A stretch of 64,000 nucleotides of DNA from the human T2T-CHM13v2.0 reference genome, Homo sapiens. The position numbers and the translations under genes are program-made. A model generated the notes under the pieces. The model did not search any database. It was given only the letters and a program-made list of their open reading frames with translations, and was not told the origin of the DNA. The stretch is from NCBI RefSeq assembly GCF_009914755.1, contig NC_060946.1. One strand, given 5' to 3'. Shown in pieces: positions 1-9,800 of this stretch (position 1 is the first letter of the stretch; the number at the start of each line of letters is the position of its first letter).

Positions 1-1519
1 GCCTTTAGGGGGGAACACGTCAGGGGAGGGGAGGTGTGCTCATCTCCTCCTTGCCATGGGGGCCATGGGGAGGTGGGGAGCGGCTACTCCTCCAGTTCTA
101 AACCAGCAAACCAAGTTCGGCTGGGAAAGACCAACTGGGCTGAGGAGCACCGCATCCCACCGTTCCTTTCCACACTCCCTTCCGAAACAGGGCCTGGGGG
201 AGCAGGTTCTCAAGCCCACAGGCAACTTTAGGACCAACCTGCCCCCAGATCATGTAGGGAAAGGGTTTTCTAAGATAATGAGCTGTTTTTAAAGGTAACA
301 AGAGAGCATCACTAAAAATGGTTTCATCCAGAACAAAGTTGTGACTTATCTATCAACAAAACTAAACAAACAAAGATCCTTTTCAAAATGCCATGCCCGT
401 AAGCACACTGGGCAGACCTGCAGAGACAGGAAAGGGGCCAGGTCCCCACAAGCCCTGCAGTAGGTTTTGTGGGATGCTGTGGGGCCCAAAGCCCCTTCTG
501 ACTGCCAGGAGCAGGTTGCATAGGACTTGTGTGATGAGGACAATAATGGAAACCACAGGGGTCACCTCTACTTTCTGCGTCTCCTAAGCGCAGGAGGAGA
601 GGCAGGTGAGCAGCCCTCCGTGCCTGCTTGTGCATGCTTCGCCTGGCAGAACCAAGGGACGGCCGTGAGGTGACTAGGCAGGGCAGGGTATATGCCTGTC
701 GGACCAACTAAATGCTTCTTTTCAGCCATATGAAGAAACAGGAACAATTCTATTTTGTTTTTTGAATAGCTCTGTGAAAAATACTACAGTTGTGTTTGTA
801 AAGTAAGCAAAATGTTTTCATCTTTCAACAGCATGACCCATCTGCCTGGCACCAGCACCTGGGGCTGCCAGGCAGCCACCCCTGCAGCTGTGTTGACAGG
901 ACCTGGCAGAGGGACTGACCCACCTTTGGAAAATGACACCAGCAATATCAGGATGTGTCAACTGGATTTATGTTAAGAAAATAGGATTTTTGGTGTTCCT
1001 CTGTTTCCCAAAGTTTGAGACACTTTCAGACACTCTGCTTTGCGGTTGTGGCCGATGTTACCCATGGGTGGGACTTTTGCTTTGCTCTAGATTTTTGTAA
1101 CACCCTGGGGAGTTTCAGGGGCCAATGCTGAGAGAAGACCACAGGCTGACACATCATGAGGTATGTTGGTAAAACAGTCCCGGCTGGCCGAGAGGCCACT
1201 GAGGGAACAGGCCCAGGGTTTGGTTTGTACTCTGTGAGTCTTGGCCTGGCAGGGTTTCCTGCAAAGCAGAGTCCTCTGAGTGGGACCCCAGGGGAAGCAG
1301 GTTGTTGCCTGGAGCTGAGGGGCAGCTCTGTATTCAGGAGGGGTGCCTGCCTTCCCATCTCCCCTGTGACCAGATGTCACAGAAACATTCTCTCTTTACT
1401 CCCTAGACCCTCTGGGCAGGTCCACTAAGAGCATGTATTCTAGAACATGCAGGGCTTGAAGCTTCACAAGATATTCAGTGCACTCCTTACAGATCCTGTC
1501 AAATGTGGACCGGGTGGTG

Positions 1520-1645
1520 TCATCGCACCACCATCATCCCCTTGTTACCCCTGAGAACACAGCTTCAGAGAGGGTAAGTAACCTATCTCAGGCCACACAG
1601 CCAGGACATGGAGTAGATCCATCCTAAGTCTTTCTACCACACACT
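1520..1645 (-). mobile_element. MIR SINE fragment
   Basis: Degenerate reverse-complement MIR core (cttcagagagggtaagtaacctatctcaggccacacagc). Boundaries approximate. Confidence 0.6.
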
Positions 1646-1960
1646 CCTTTCTACAGTCATGGGTTAAATGAGGGTGCCATGGAATGGGTCATCCAGTGTA
1701 CACTGACATCAGGAGGAGTTTCACATTCATACACTCATGGCAAATGGTTCTGTTGCTCCCTGGTCCAAAGATGATCTTAATAGTAGGAAAAACTCATTTG
1801 GCAGAAGCAAGACTCAGCACACAGGCTCTCTCCCTGAGTCTTCTGTGGCTGGCCTTGCCCTGCCCTCCCCTCCCCAACCCCACTGGCAGAATAAAGTCGG
1901 GGGGCTGTGAGGACTGAGCCCCAGGCCTTGACAGGCACCCGCAGCCAGCCGAACTCCCAC

Positions 1961-2681
1961 CTGCCCAGTTGGAGGGGTGCGAGAAGGCCTTGCTGCTCTG
2001 CACCACCTTCATGGCCTCCCCCAGGGCGGCGCTGGCTTTCAGGCCGTTCAGCAGGGATGAGTAGAAGGCATGGATGAACATCTTAGAAGCAGCCACTGGC
2101 ACAGGCCACAGAGACACGAGGACACACTGAGCGCCGGCAGCCAGGAAGGCCCTTGTCAGCGCGATGACCCCGTCGGCTGTGACTTTGCTGTTGGACTCCT
2201 GGGAGGAGCCAAGCACCACCAGCTTCACAGGCAGCTGCAGGTCCAGGACGTCGGCGGCAGTAAGCAGCAGCTCCTGCAGGGGCGGGCAGTCCGAGATGCT
2301 CTCCCCATCACTGGCATCGTCCTGCACCCGCAAGGACTCAGGGATCGTGTAGGGGTGGCCGAAGGAGCTCTTGCTGCTGGCAGGGTTGCCGTCCATGCTG
2401 GGCGTGAGGACCAAGGCCGACAGCTTCCAGGAGATGTGGGTGGCAAAGTGGACGCATTCAGCCTGGGTCAGGGCACTCATGACCCTCTCCTTGGTGGCCA
2501 CACTGCCCACTAGGGGCTGGCAGCCCAGCAGCTCGGACACCATGTAGGCCTCTTCCTCGGCCGATGGCATGGGCCCCCACAGCCACCTGTCCATCACGGC
2601 CGATGGTAGCTTGGGGTTGCCGATGACAGCCGCCATGGATGTGGAGCTGGAGTATGTGGGCGGGTTCTTCCGTAAGTGAGA
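1961..2681 (-). CDS. TTC28: TTC28 internal coding exon, 721 nt (probably exon 16), core of the CHAT domain
   Basis: On the minus strand the acceptor is ccctcccctcctag|TCTCAC at 2681 and the donor is GCAG|gtggga at 1961; phase 0 to 1. It translates SHLRKNPPTYSSSTSMAAVIGNPKLP...VHFATHIS...LVVLGSS...AFLAAGAQCVLVSLWPV...HPSNWAG. CHAT motifs (GNP, HFATH, SLWPV, HPxxWA) are present and the sequence is recognised as TTC28. Exon number is from recall. Confidence 0.95.
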
Positions 2682-4794
2682 CTAGGAGGGGAGGGGACAA
2701 AGCAGACCACCCGTCAGACAGAACAGCCAGGCTGCCCGGCAGTGGTCGGCCGAGCACAGGGACGGCCAGCTCTCTGCTGGTTGAGCTTGAATCCACCTGT
2801 TTCCCCAGTCACCACATTCACTCTTATTTTTCAACATCTTTTTGACACAGGTGCCTAACTTACTGAGAATCATGCCTGCTGTGATGAGCCCTTGGAAACC
2901 ATCAGGACTGGATGGTAGGGGTCCTGAGAGGATTGGGGGAGGAGGCCTTGATATGACAGAGTGGACAGAGGCCGTGGAACCCAGGACAGCCAGCCTGCTC
3001 CACAATCCTCATCCCCACAGACCTTCATGTGTGGCTCCTAAATAAGAGGAAACCCACTCCTGATAAGTCAGGGGCTTTGAAAAGTGATTTTGTTTAAATG
3101 GTGCAAACAAGCAAGCCAATCTTGGGGAGACAGGGCTAAACTTAAGTCCTTTAAGAAGCTCTACATACTGACAAGATTCTAGTTCCCTTCCACCTTATAT
3201 GCTGCAAAGTAAAAAGTATCACTGAATGAGAAAATCAGCATAAAGAAGCCCAATAATGTCTGCCTGAGTTTCCCCTATGATGACTTTTGGTACTTTTTGG
3301 GAAACATTAAGTATGAAGTTATTTCAAAATAATTTTTTGGTGCCTCTGCTTGGTGATGCCTTAAACTCTGGGTAAGAGAAACACCAGGTGCCTGTCAGGA
3401 GATGGCCTTTTCCAGGTTTCTGGTTAAGCTACAAACAGCTAACTGGCTGCTGTCATCAAAATAAAAGCTTTCTGAAGGTGGAGGCATCTGATACCCAGAG
3501 TGCTGCTATCAGCCGGCACGGTGGGCCGCTGGGTGGCAGGAGCGTCGAGAAGGCCAGCTCGCTTCCTATCTGGGATTCAGAATCAGCTATGGAAACTTGA
3601 GAGACCTAGAGAAAATAACTTCTTTCACTTTGAACTGATTCTTTGCTTCATAAGAAAAGTATTATCCAGCCACAAAAATGGTCAAAATTCAGATCTACAA
3701 AAGCCTGTCAGGCAGAAACTGACCCCACTTAGGCCACGCCAATGAGCAAGTCATCAAAGCAGCCAAGACAGGTCCTGTGGGGGCCACCCATGCACAGGGC
3801 CCAGCCTCGGGTCCTAACCCCGCCTATGCTTTCCGCCACCATAAAGAGGCCCATCTGGGTAAGACCTGTCCCGCCTGCTGTGGGGTATTAGGGCAGATGG
3901 GGTCTGAGGGGTCTGAGGGCTCTGAGAGCAGCTGGCAGCTCAAGGACATCCGGAGTTGGAGGATGGAGCAATGCAGGCCCTTGTGGTAAAGACAGTCCTG
4001 CAGCCGCGCAGGCAGGGATGCTGCAAGTGGAGTGCCAGGCGGGTGCGGAGCCCTGTGGGACTGTGGAGGGGTCAGAGGGAAGCCAGGATTTTGGGGTCTC
4101 TGAGAGTTTGGAGAAGGGGAAGAAGATTAAAGCTTGTTTCAAAAGTTTCTAATCAGGTGGGCAGGGCCAAGGGTGGCTGTGGGGTGAGACCCATGACTCA
4201 GGGTGGCCCACTGTTACTCTATTGATTTTTGGGCGTTTTTTTCCAAATTGATTATTCTTGCTGAATGAGACCTGAGTCCTTGACTGTCCCCTTAAAGCCC
4301 CCTGACTTGTTTTCAGTTCCACTGGCCTGTCGGGCTGTTTTCTACTCAACTCCACTCTTGCTTGTCTGCCCTCCCTGCCTGGGGCCCAGCCAGCAGTCAG
4401 CTCAAGGGCCAGATGAATTGGGTGGCTGTGCTCTGCCCACTGGGCATCGTGTGGATGGTGGGTGACCAGCCCCCTCAGGTGCTCAGCCAGGCCTCAAGCC
4501 TTGCTGTGTACCTCAGAGCAGCTCCGTACCCTGATGTCACAGCAAAGAAACTTAGACATGACACAAACTGTGGCTTCCCAAGGCAGCAAAGAATGGCCAG
4601 GGGTCATGAGGGCCGTGCCCCACTTTTGGACAGACCTACTCTAAAGTCACGCTACCTGCGTGCAAATCATAAAATCAACACTTTTGAGGAGATCACAGCT
4701 ATGCCTTCGTAACACAGCCCAGTCCGACCAGATAGACGGTGCCTCGTGACCCGAAAACAAGCCCCCGGCCCCCCACCATGTGTGTGAGCCTTAC

Positions 4795-4974
4795 CTTGGA
4801 CTGCACGCTGAGGGAGCGGATGGAAGGGACAGCAAGGAGGCCGAAGCGCTCGTAGAGGTACTCATTGGAGGAGCTTCCCTTCAGGAGGGCGAAAGGAATG
4901 AGGTAGAGCTCCCCCTCCAGAACCAGGATGAGCTGCCGGTGCCGGCCCACGGGGCCGCTGGAGTGCATCAGGCC
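4795..4974 (-). CDS. TTC28: TTC28 internal coding exon, 180 nt (probably exon 15), CHAT N-terminal strand/helix region
   Basis: Acceptor tgcttgctccatag|GGCCTGATG at 4974; donor TCCAAG|gtaagg at 4795; phase 0/0. Encodes GLMHSSGPVGRHRQLILVLEGELYLIPFALLKGSSSNEYLYERFGLLAVPSIRSLSVQSK, matching the CHAT 'LvivpdG.L..lPFaaL...YL.erf...aPS' pattern. Confidence 0.95.
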
Positions 4975-6080
4975 CTATGGAGCAAGCACGGAGAGGCTGA
5001 CATGGGTGGCCCAGCAGGCAGGGGTTTCAGGCACCAGGACAACCCTGAGCCCTAGCCTGGATGACACAAGCACGAGCAGGTGAGGCCTGTGGGGGTGTGG
5101 GGCGCCATGGGGCATGGGCCGAGTTGCAGCCCTGCAGGAGCGGCACCAACTGGCATGCTCGCTTGTGGACTGGCAAGGGCTGGCCTGGCAGCATCCATCT
5201 GCCTCACAGTCCTGAGAAGGTTAGAGGACAGTTTCTTGAAGTTCACAAGAACCTGAAGTGGGTTGGAGACCGGTCTGTACCGCACAGGCACCCTGAGAAG
5301 GGGTGGGAATGGCCCCTCTCAAAACAAGATCTGTTTTCCATTTCAATGGACAAGAGGCTAGAAAATCACAGTGAGGACGGGAGGTCTGGGGGCTGGCATG
5401 ACAGCCCCTGTAGAAGGGGATGGGCTGGGTTCTAGGATCTTCCGTGACCTCCTCTGAGAAAGAGTGGCCCCTTGGCTCTGGGCTTGGGAGGTGCCGTCCC
5501 CACTTGTTCCCTCTGGGGATGTCAGGGGACCCAATGCATGGATGACTCCCATCCCTCTTGAAAGGCCGAGCATGAGGACTCGAGGCAGGGTGTGCACAGG
5601 GCCACAGCGGACACAGCCTCATTCCTGTTCATTGCAGAACAAGGCTAAGGGCGCGGGCATCTTAATGAGAGCAGCAGGCAACAATCCTGGAAGCTGGGTC
5701 CACACAGACTGCGGTGAACAAAGAGGTGGCGTGGAAGCTGCTGCTGCAGCCCAGAGCCTGCCAAGAAGGTCCCAGGTCCACAGGGCCTGCGCAACACTGG
5801 GTGCCAGGGGTGGGGCTGGCCTGCCCCCCAACCCCATCTGCTGAGGAGTGGCTGACAAGCGGACACCCACCAGGGTGCCACTCGCTTGTGCCTGGGGAAG
5901 CAAATGTGCTCGCTTGACCCGTCTGATGTGCTGCCGTGGGCACTTGACTGAGAGTGGCAGGGCACTAGGCTAACCCAAAGTGACACATGCCTGGCGGGAT
6001 GTTCAGTCTCTGTAAACCCATATGGTTTTTTTTTTTCTTTCCTTTAAAAAAAATTTCTAGCTCCATCTAGCGAAAGCAGA

Positions 6081-6120
6081 AATAAAAAGTATTAGGCCAA
6101 TTTGTTTTTCATTTGTTTGC
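6081..6120 (+). terminator. Plus-strand polyadenylation site, probable 3' end of the antisense lncRNA TTC28-AS1
   Basis: AATAAA at 6081-6086, upstream TGTA at 6011 plus a U-rich tract (~6026-6040), and a downstream GU/U-rich element TTTGTTTTTCATTTGTTTG at 6101-6119. From recall, TTC28-AS1 overlaps the 3' part of TTC28; its exon structure cannot be determined here. Confidence 0.55.
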
Positions 6121-6138
6121 TGTAAGAGCTACAGCATG

Positions 6139-6423
6139 GGCCAGGCACCAGTGGCTCACACCTGTAATCCCAGCACTTTGGGAGCCCAAGGCGGGAGGAT
6201 TATCTGAGGTCAGGAGTGCAACATGGTGAAACTGCATCTCTACTAAAAATCCAAAATAACCGGGTGTGGTGGCATGCACCTGTAGTCCCAACTACTCAGG
6301 AGGCTGAGGCAGGAGAATCGCTTGAACCCAGGAGGTGAAGATTGTAGTGGGCCAAGATTATACCAGTGTACTCCAGCCTGGGGGACAGAGCGAGACTGTG
6401 TCTCAAAAACAACAACAAAAAAA
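6139..6423 (+). mobile_element. Alu (AluS-type) with an internal deletion of about 16 nt in the left arm
   Basis: GGCCAGGCACCAGTGGCTCACACCTGTAATCCCAGC... followed by an A-rich tail. TSD aagagctacag(c/t)at at 6124-6137 and 6422-6435. It reads caggagtgcaacatgg where the consensus has caggagttcgagaccagcctggccaacatgg. Confidence 0.93.
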
Positions 6424-9289
6424 GAGCTACAGTATTTCCCAAGAGGAGGTAAATTAATCACTGTTCAATTGTGCAACCTAGGCAGGAAGAAGTAGGGGTG
6501 TGTCACAGTGACCCCGACACTGTCTATGGATGAGCTCTGGGTTAGCACAGGGAGGAGAAAGAGTTGTAGGGCACCTGGGCCCCATGGCCTGCCATGGGCC
6601 ACACCTGAGCTCCCTGGCCGGCTCCATAGGTAAAGGTGGCTCAGGGGGCTGCTCTGGAGGGCAGTGCCACCACACCGTGGAGGTGTGCCAGTGAACCTCG
6701 AACCAGCCGCAGTGGCACAGCTGATGCTGCCCTGACCCTGCTGACAGGGTCAGCAGCTGTGACAGTGATGACCACCTGCTGCTCAGTGGGAACTGTGCTG
6801 CCTGAGAATGGGTAGTGTGGGGCTTGAGCCACCTGCCATGTGCAAAACTGGACCCACTTCCACTGTTCCAGAGTCGCAGGGCTTTGCTGTGACAAGATGC
6901 CAGCCCCAGCCCCAGCCCCAGGCCTGCAGGTCCTCCCTGGGCTCCTGCTGCCTAAGCCCAAACCACAGTAAGTTTCTGTCAGATATCATCCCACAGGCTA
7001 CTGCCTTCACCAGGACACACGCCACTCATAGACAAGTCCCTGGTCATGACAGCACCTAACTGTGTGAACCGGAGGGAAGCTTGGCAAGCTGAAAAATGGA
7101 GAAGTGAGGCTGGAATCCACGCAGAGCAAACATTCACTGGCAGCCCATCTTCGTAGAACTCTGCTAACTCTGCCCACGAAACCTCATCTGCGGCACAAGC
7201 CTAATGATCAGAGAATGCATGTCCTTGAAGGCAGCTTGTCTGTCTGCTCCAACACTCCACCAGGGGTGGGGGGCATCTCCTGTGGCCCTATTGTCAGAAG
7301 TCTCCCAAGCTGGGCCTCGACTTTCCCATCAGCCACTGAGTGGTGTCCGTCATGTGCCTACTGGGGACCGTAGGGAAGTCAGATAAATTTAGGATATGGT
7401 CCTTGCTTGCAGACTTATGATGATGTACTTAGAAAACTAAAATGCACACAAGAGGCCATTGCTGAGTGAAACTCAGTATTGTCAAATGTAACACCTTCAT
7501 GGCAGCATGGCAGCCCCAGAACGGGGAAAGCCTACCCAGGCTGACGCTGGGCCCACCCAGGAGGGTCCGTGAGGGTTGGGGAAGGCCTGGGCAGATGCTG
7601 TTGCCAGGTGAGCACAAGGCTAAAGAGGGACATGGGAGCCAGACTGTGGGGGCGCTGAAGATCAGGCAAGAAAGTGTGGTTCTTGTTGGCTGTCAGGACC
7701 CGCCATGCCTTCTCAAGCTGAGCCCTGCAAAGCATTGAGAGGCAGCCTGCCTGCCTGCGGGAGAGGGGGCTGTACCCAAGAGTAATTCAGACCAGGGCAT
7801 GCCCACCAAGAGAAGAGACAAGGAGACTTGCTGGGACTCAGTGAGAGTGACCTTAGCAGGTGAGGAGAAGTCTGAAGTCCAGGCTGGGAGATAGGGAGGC
7901 TGTTCTCTGAACCTCATATCCCAATTTGGAGGTCTGGGTCCTCCCTGCATCATGCCTAGGAGCTGGTACCAAGCTTGGCTCATGCATACAACCCTGGGTG
8001 AAGGTCCCCAAATGGGACCCCTGTCCAAACTCTGTGAAATGAGGCAGGTGACAGTCGCAGCTGTTCTCTGAAATGTGTGGGCTTGTGGGGAGACGGGTAG
8101 AACAGCAGGCTGACAGCTGCCGTTCAAAGGGGGAAACTGATTGGACATGTTAGAGATAATGCCCAGGAAACTTGTCAGCTCTGACTCTGGTGTATGTGTG
8201 CTGTCCTTGCACTGAAAGATTAGTTATAATCCAACGTGAACTTGAAAAGGGGAAAGCAAGCGATATCTCTATTCAGCTTACATATCATCAGTCAGACTAC
8301 AAAGGAGAGACATTCAAGGAAACACTATTCAGCACCTGGGCCTGTCAGCCTCAGAAAGGGTGTCTGCTGGCCTCTTAAGGCTTAGGGTTGAACAATAAAG
8401 TGGCTCACGCACCAGCCTTACAGCAGCAACTACCAGAGTCTCCAACAGATTCCATCAAAGACTCAGATGTTCTGACCTCTGCAGTTTCTAGTAATGGGAT
8501 TTCTGAAAGCAGAAGATGACAGGGCCAGGTGCACTAGAATCTGTCTCTTCCCCAGGGGTGCCGCCCTGCGCTCTCACCAAGGGGCTGTGACCCTGACTGT
8601 GGCAATGTGAGTCCAGGCAGCAAATGATGCTTGAGAACTTACGGTGTTCCAGGCCAGGTGAGGGAAAAGGGGAAAGACACAGTGCTGGGCAGGCAGGCCA
8701 CCATGCACAGCACTGTGGGGCTGCCCTGGGGCACGGTGATGACAGGGGTTCCGTGAAGGTGCAGTCTTTGTACAAGGAGAGGGTTGTTCCTTCTGACAGG
8801 GTGGGCAGTGAGTGCACTGGAGGTGGCTTTGTGCAGCTGTTGTCAGTTTACTGCCTCTCAGGTCCTGAAGCCCTTGTCACTATCCGCTCCAAGATAGGCT
8901 GCATTCCTTTGGCTGTTTCTCCCACGATATGCAGGGTGCTGAGCTGTGTCAGTGGAGTGCACTAAGGGGCACTGAGGAGGCAGGAGCCCTCCTGCTGGCC
9001 TGGGTCAGTGGTGGGTGAGGACATCCAGAGGGGCCTGCCCAGCCACGGGCCCAGAGCGCTGTCCCGTTGCCACCTTGCAGTCTCGGCCTGGTGATAATCT
9101 TCCCTCACTCCCAAGGCCTCCTGCCTCTGCAGGTCCCTGGACTCCCTGGCACCTATCACCGCTGGAAGCTGATGGCTGCTCTCCTGCCCACACTCAGGGG
9201 GCTAGCGCTTGCCAGCAACTCCAGACTGGCTCTGGCCTGGCCAAACAGTGGACATATCTCTGTGTCCTGTGGGCTGAATCACACCTCCT

Positions 9290-9450
9290 CCCATGTTCAT
9301 TCTTTACTAGGTACACTCCCTCAGCCCTAGAGAACCACACAGCTTCCCTATATCTTACAGTTATTTGCCTATCATGGGTAATAGTTCTCAATACTAAACA
9401 TCCGTGGTTAGTCTACGGTGTGGTTTCTGTCTCCAGATGGACCCAGAGGA
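9290..9450 (+). mobile_element. Old ERVL LTR 3' end (LTR33-like)
   Basis: ggtgtggtttctgtctccagatggaccc resembles the LTR33 terminus. Extent uncertain. Confidence 0.35.
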
Positions 9451-9649
9451 TGAAAAGCCGTGTGCAGTGGCCCAGGAAGGGATGCTGCATGCTGGGGAAA
9501 GAATAGGGGGTCTGAGGGGAGGCCCTGTCACGGAGTCTGGGTCAGCCTGCCAAGTCAGGGTGCTCCCAGCATCTGGAATTGCTAGATGGGAGGCGAGGGG
9601 TGAAAAACCAGTAGGGTTGGGGGTAGGAGCTCTGCACACTCCAACAAGA

Positions 9650-9800
9650 CACTAACCTCTCTGCACCTTGGTTTCCAAACCCACAGGACAGCGCTAACAT
9701 CCATTCCTCACAGGCCTATGAGGCCAAGGTAGCTGCACAGTGGGTAAAGCATCTAGCCCCATGCCTGGCACTGGTGTGCACTCCAGACATATTGGTCAAA
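9650..9800 (+). mobile_element. MIR SINE fragment
   Basis: aacctctctgcaccttggtttcc...gtaaagcatctagcccCatgcctggcac matches the MIR core and 3' part. Confidence 0.55.

Noticed and set aside
2070-2513. 147-aa plus-strand ORF opposite the 721-nt exon
   Set aside because: A shadow ORF expected from GC-rich codon usage on the coding strand; no recognisable homology.
1961-4974. A Craspase-like (type III-E CRISPR TPR-CHAT) system
   Set aside because: Only the domain family is shared. This is a spliced human gene with no CRISPR array or cas genes.
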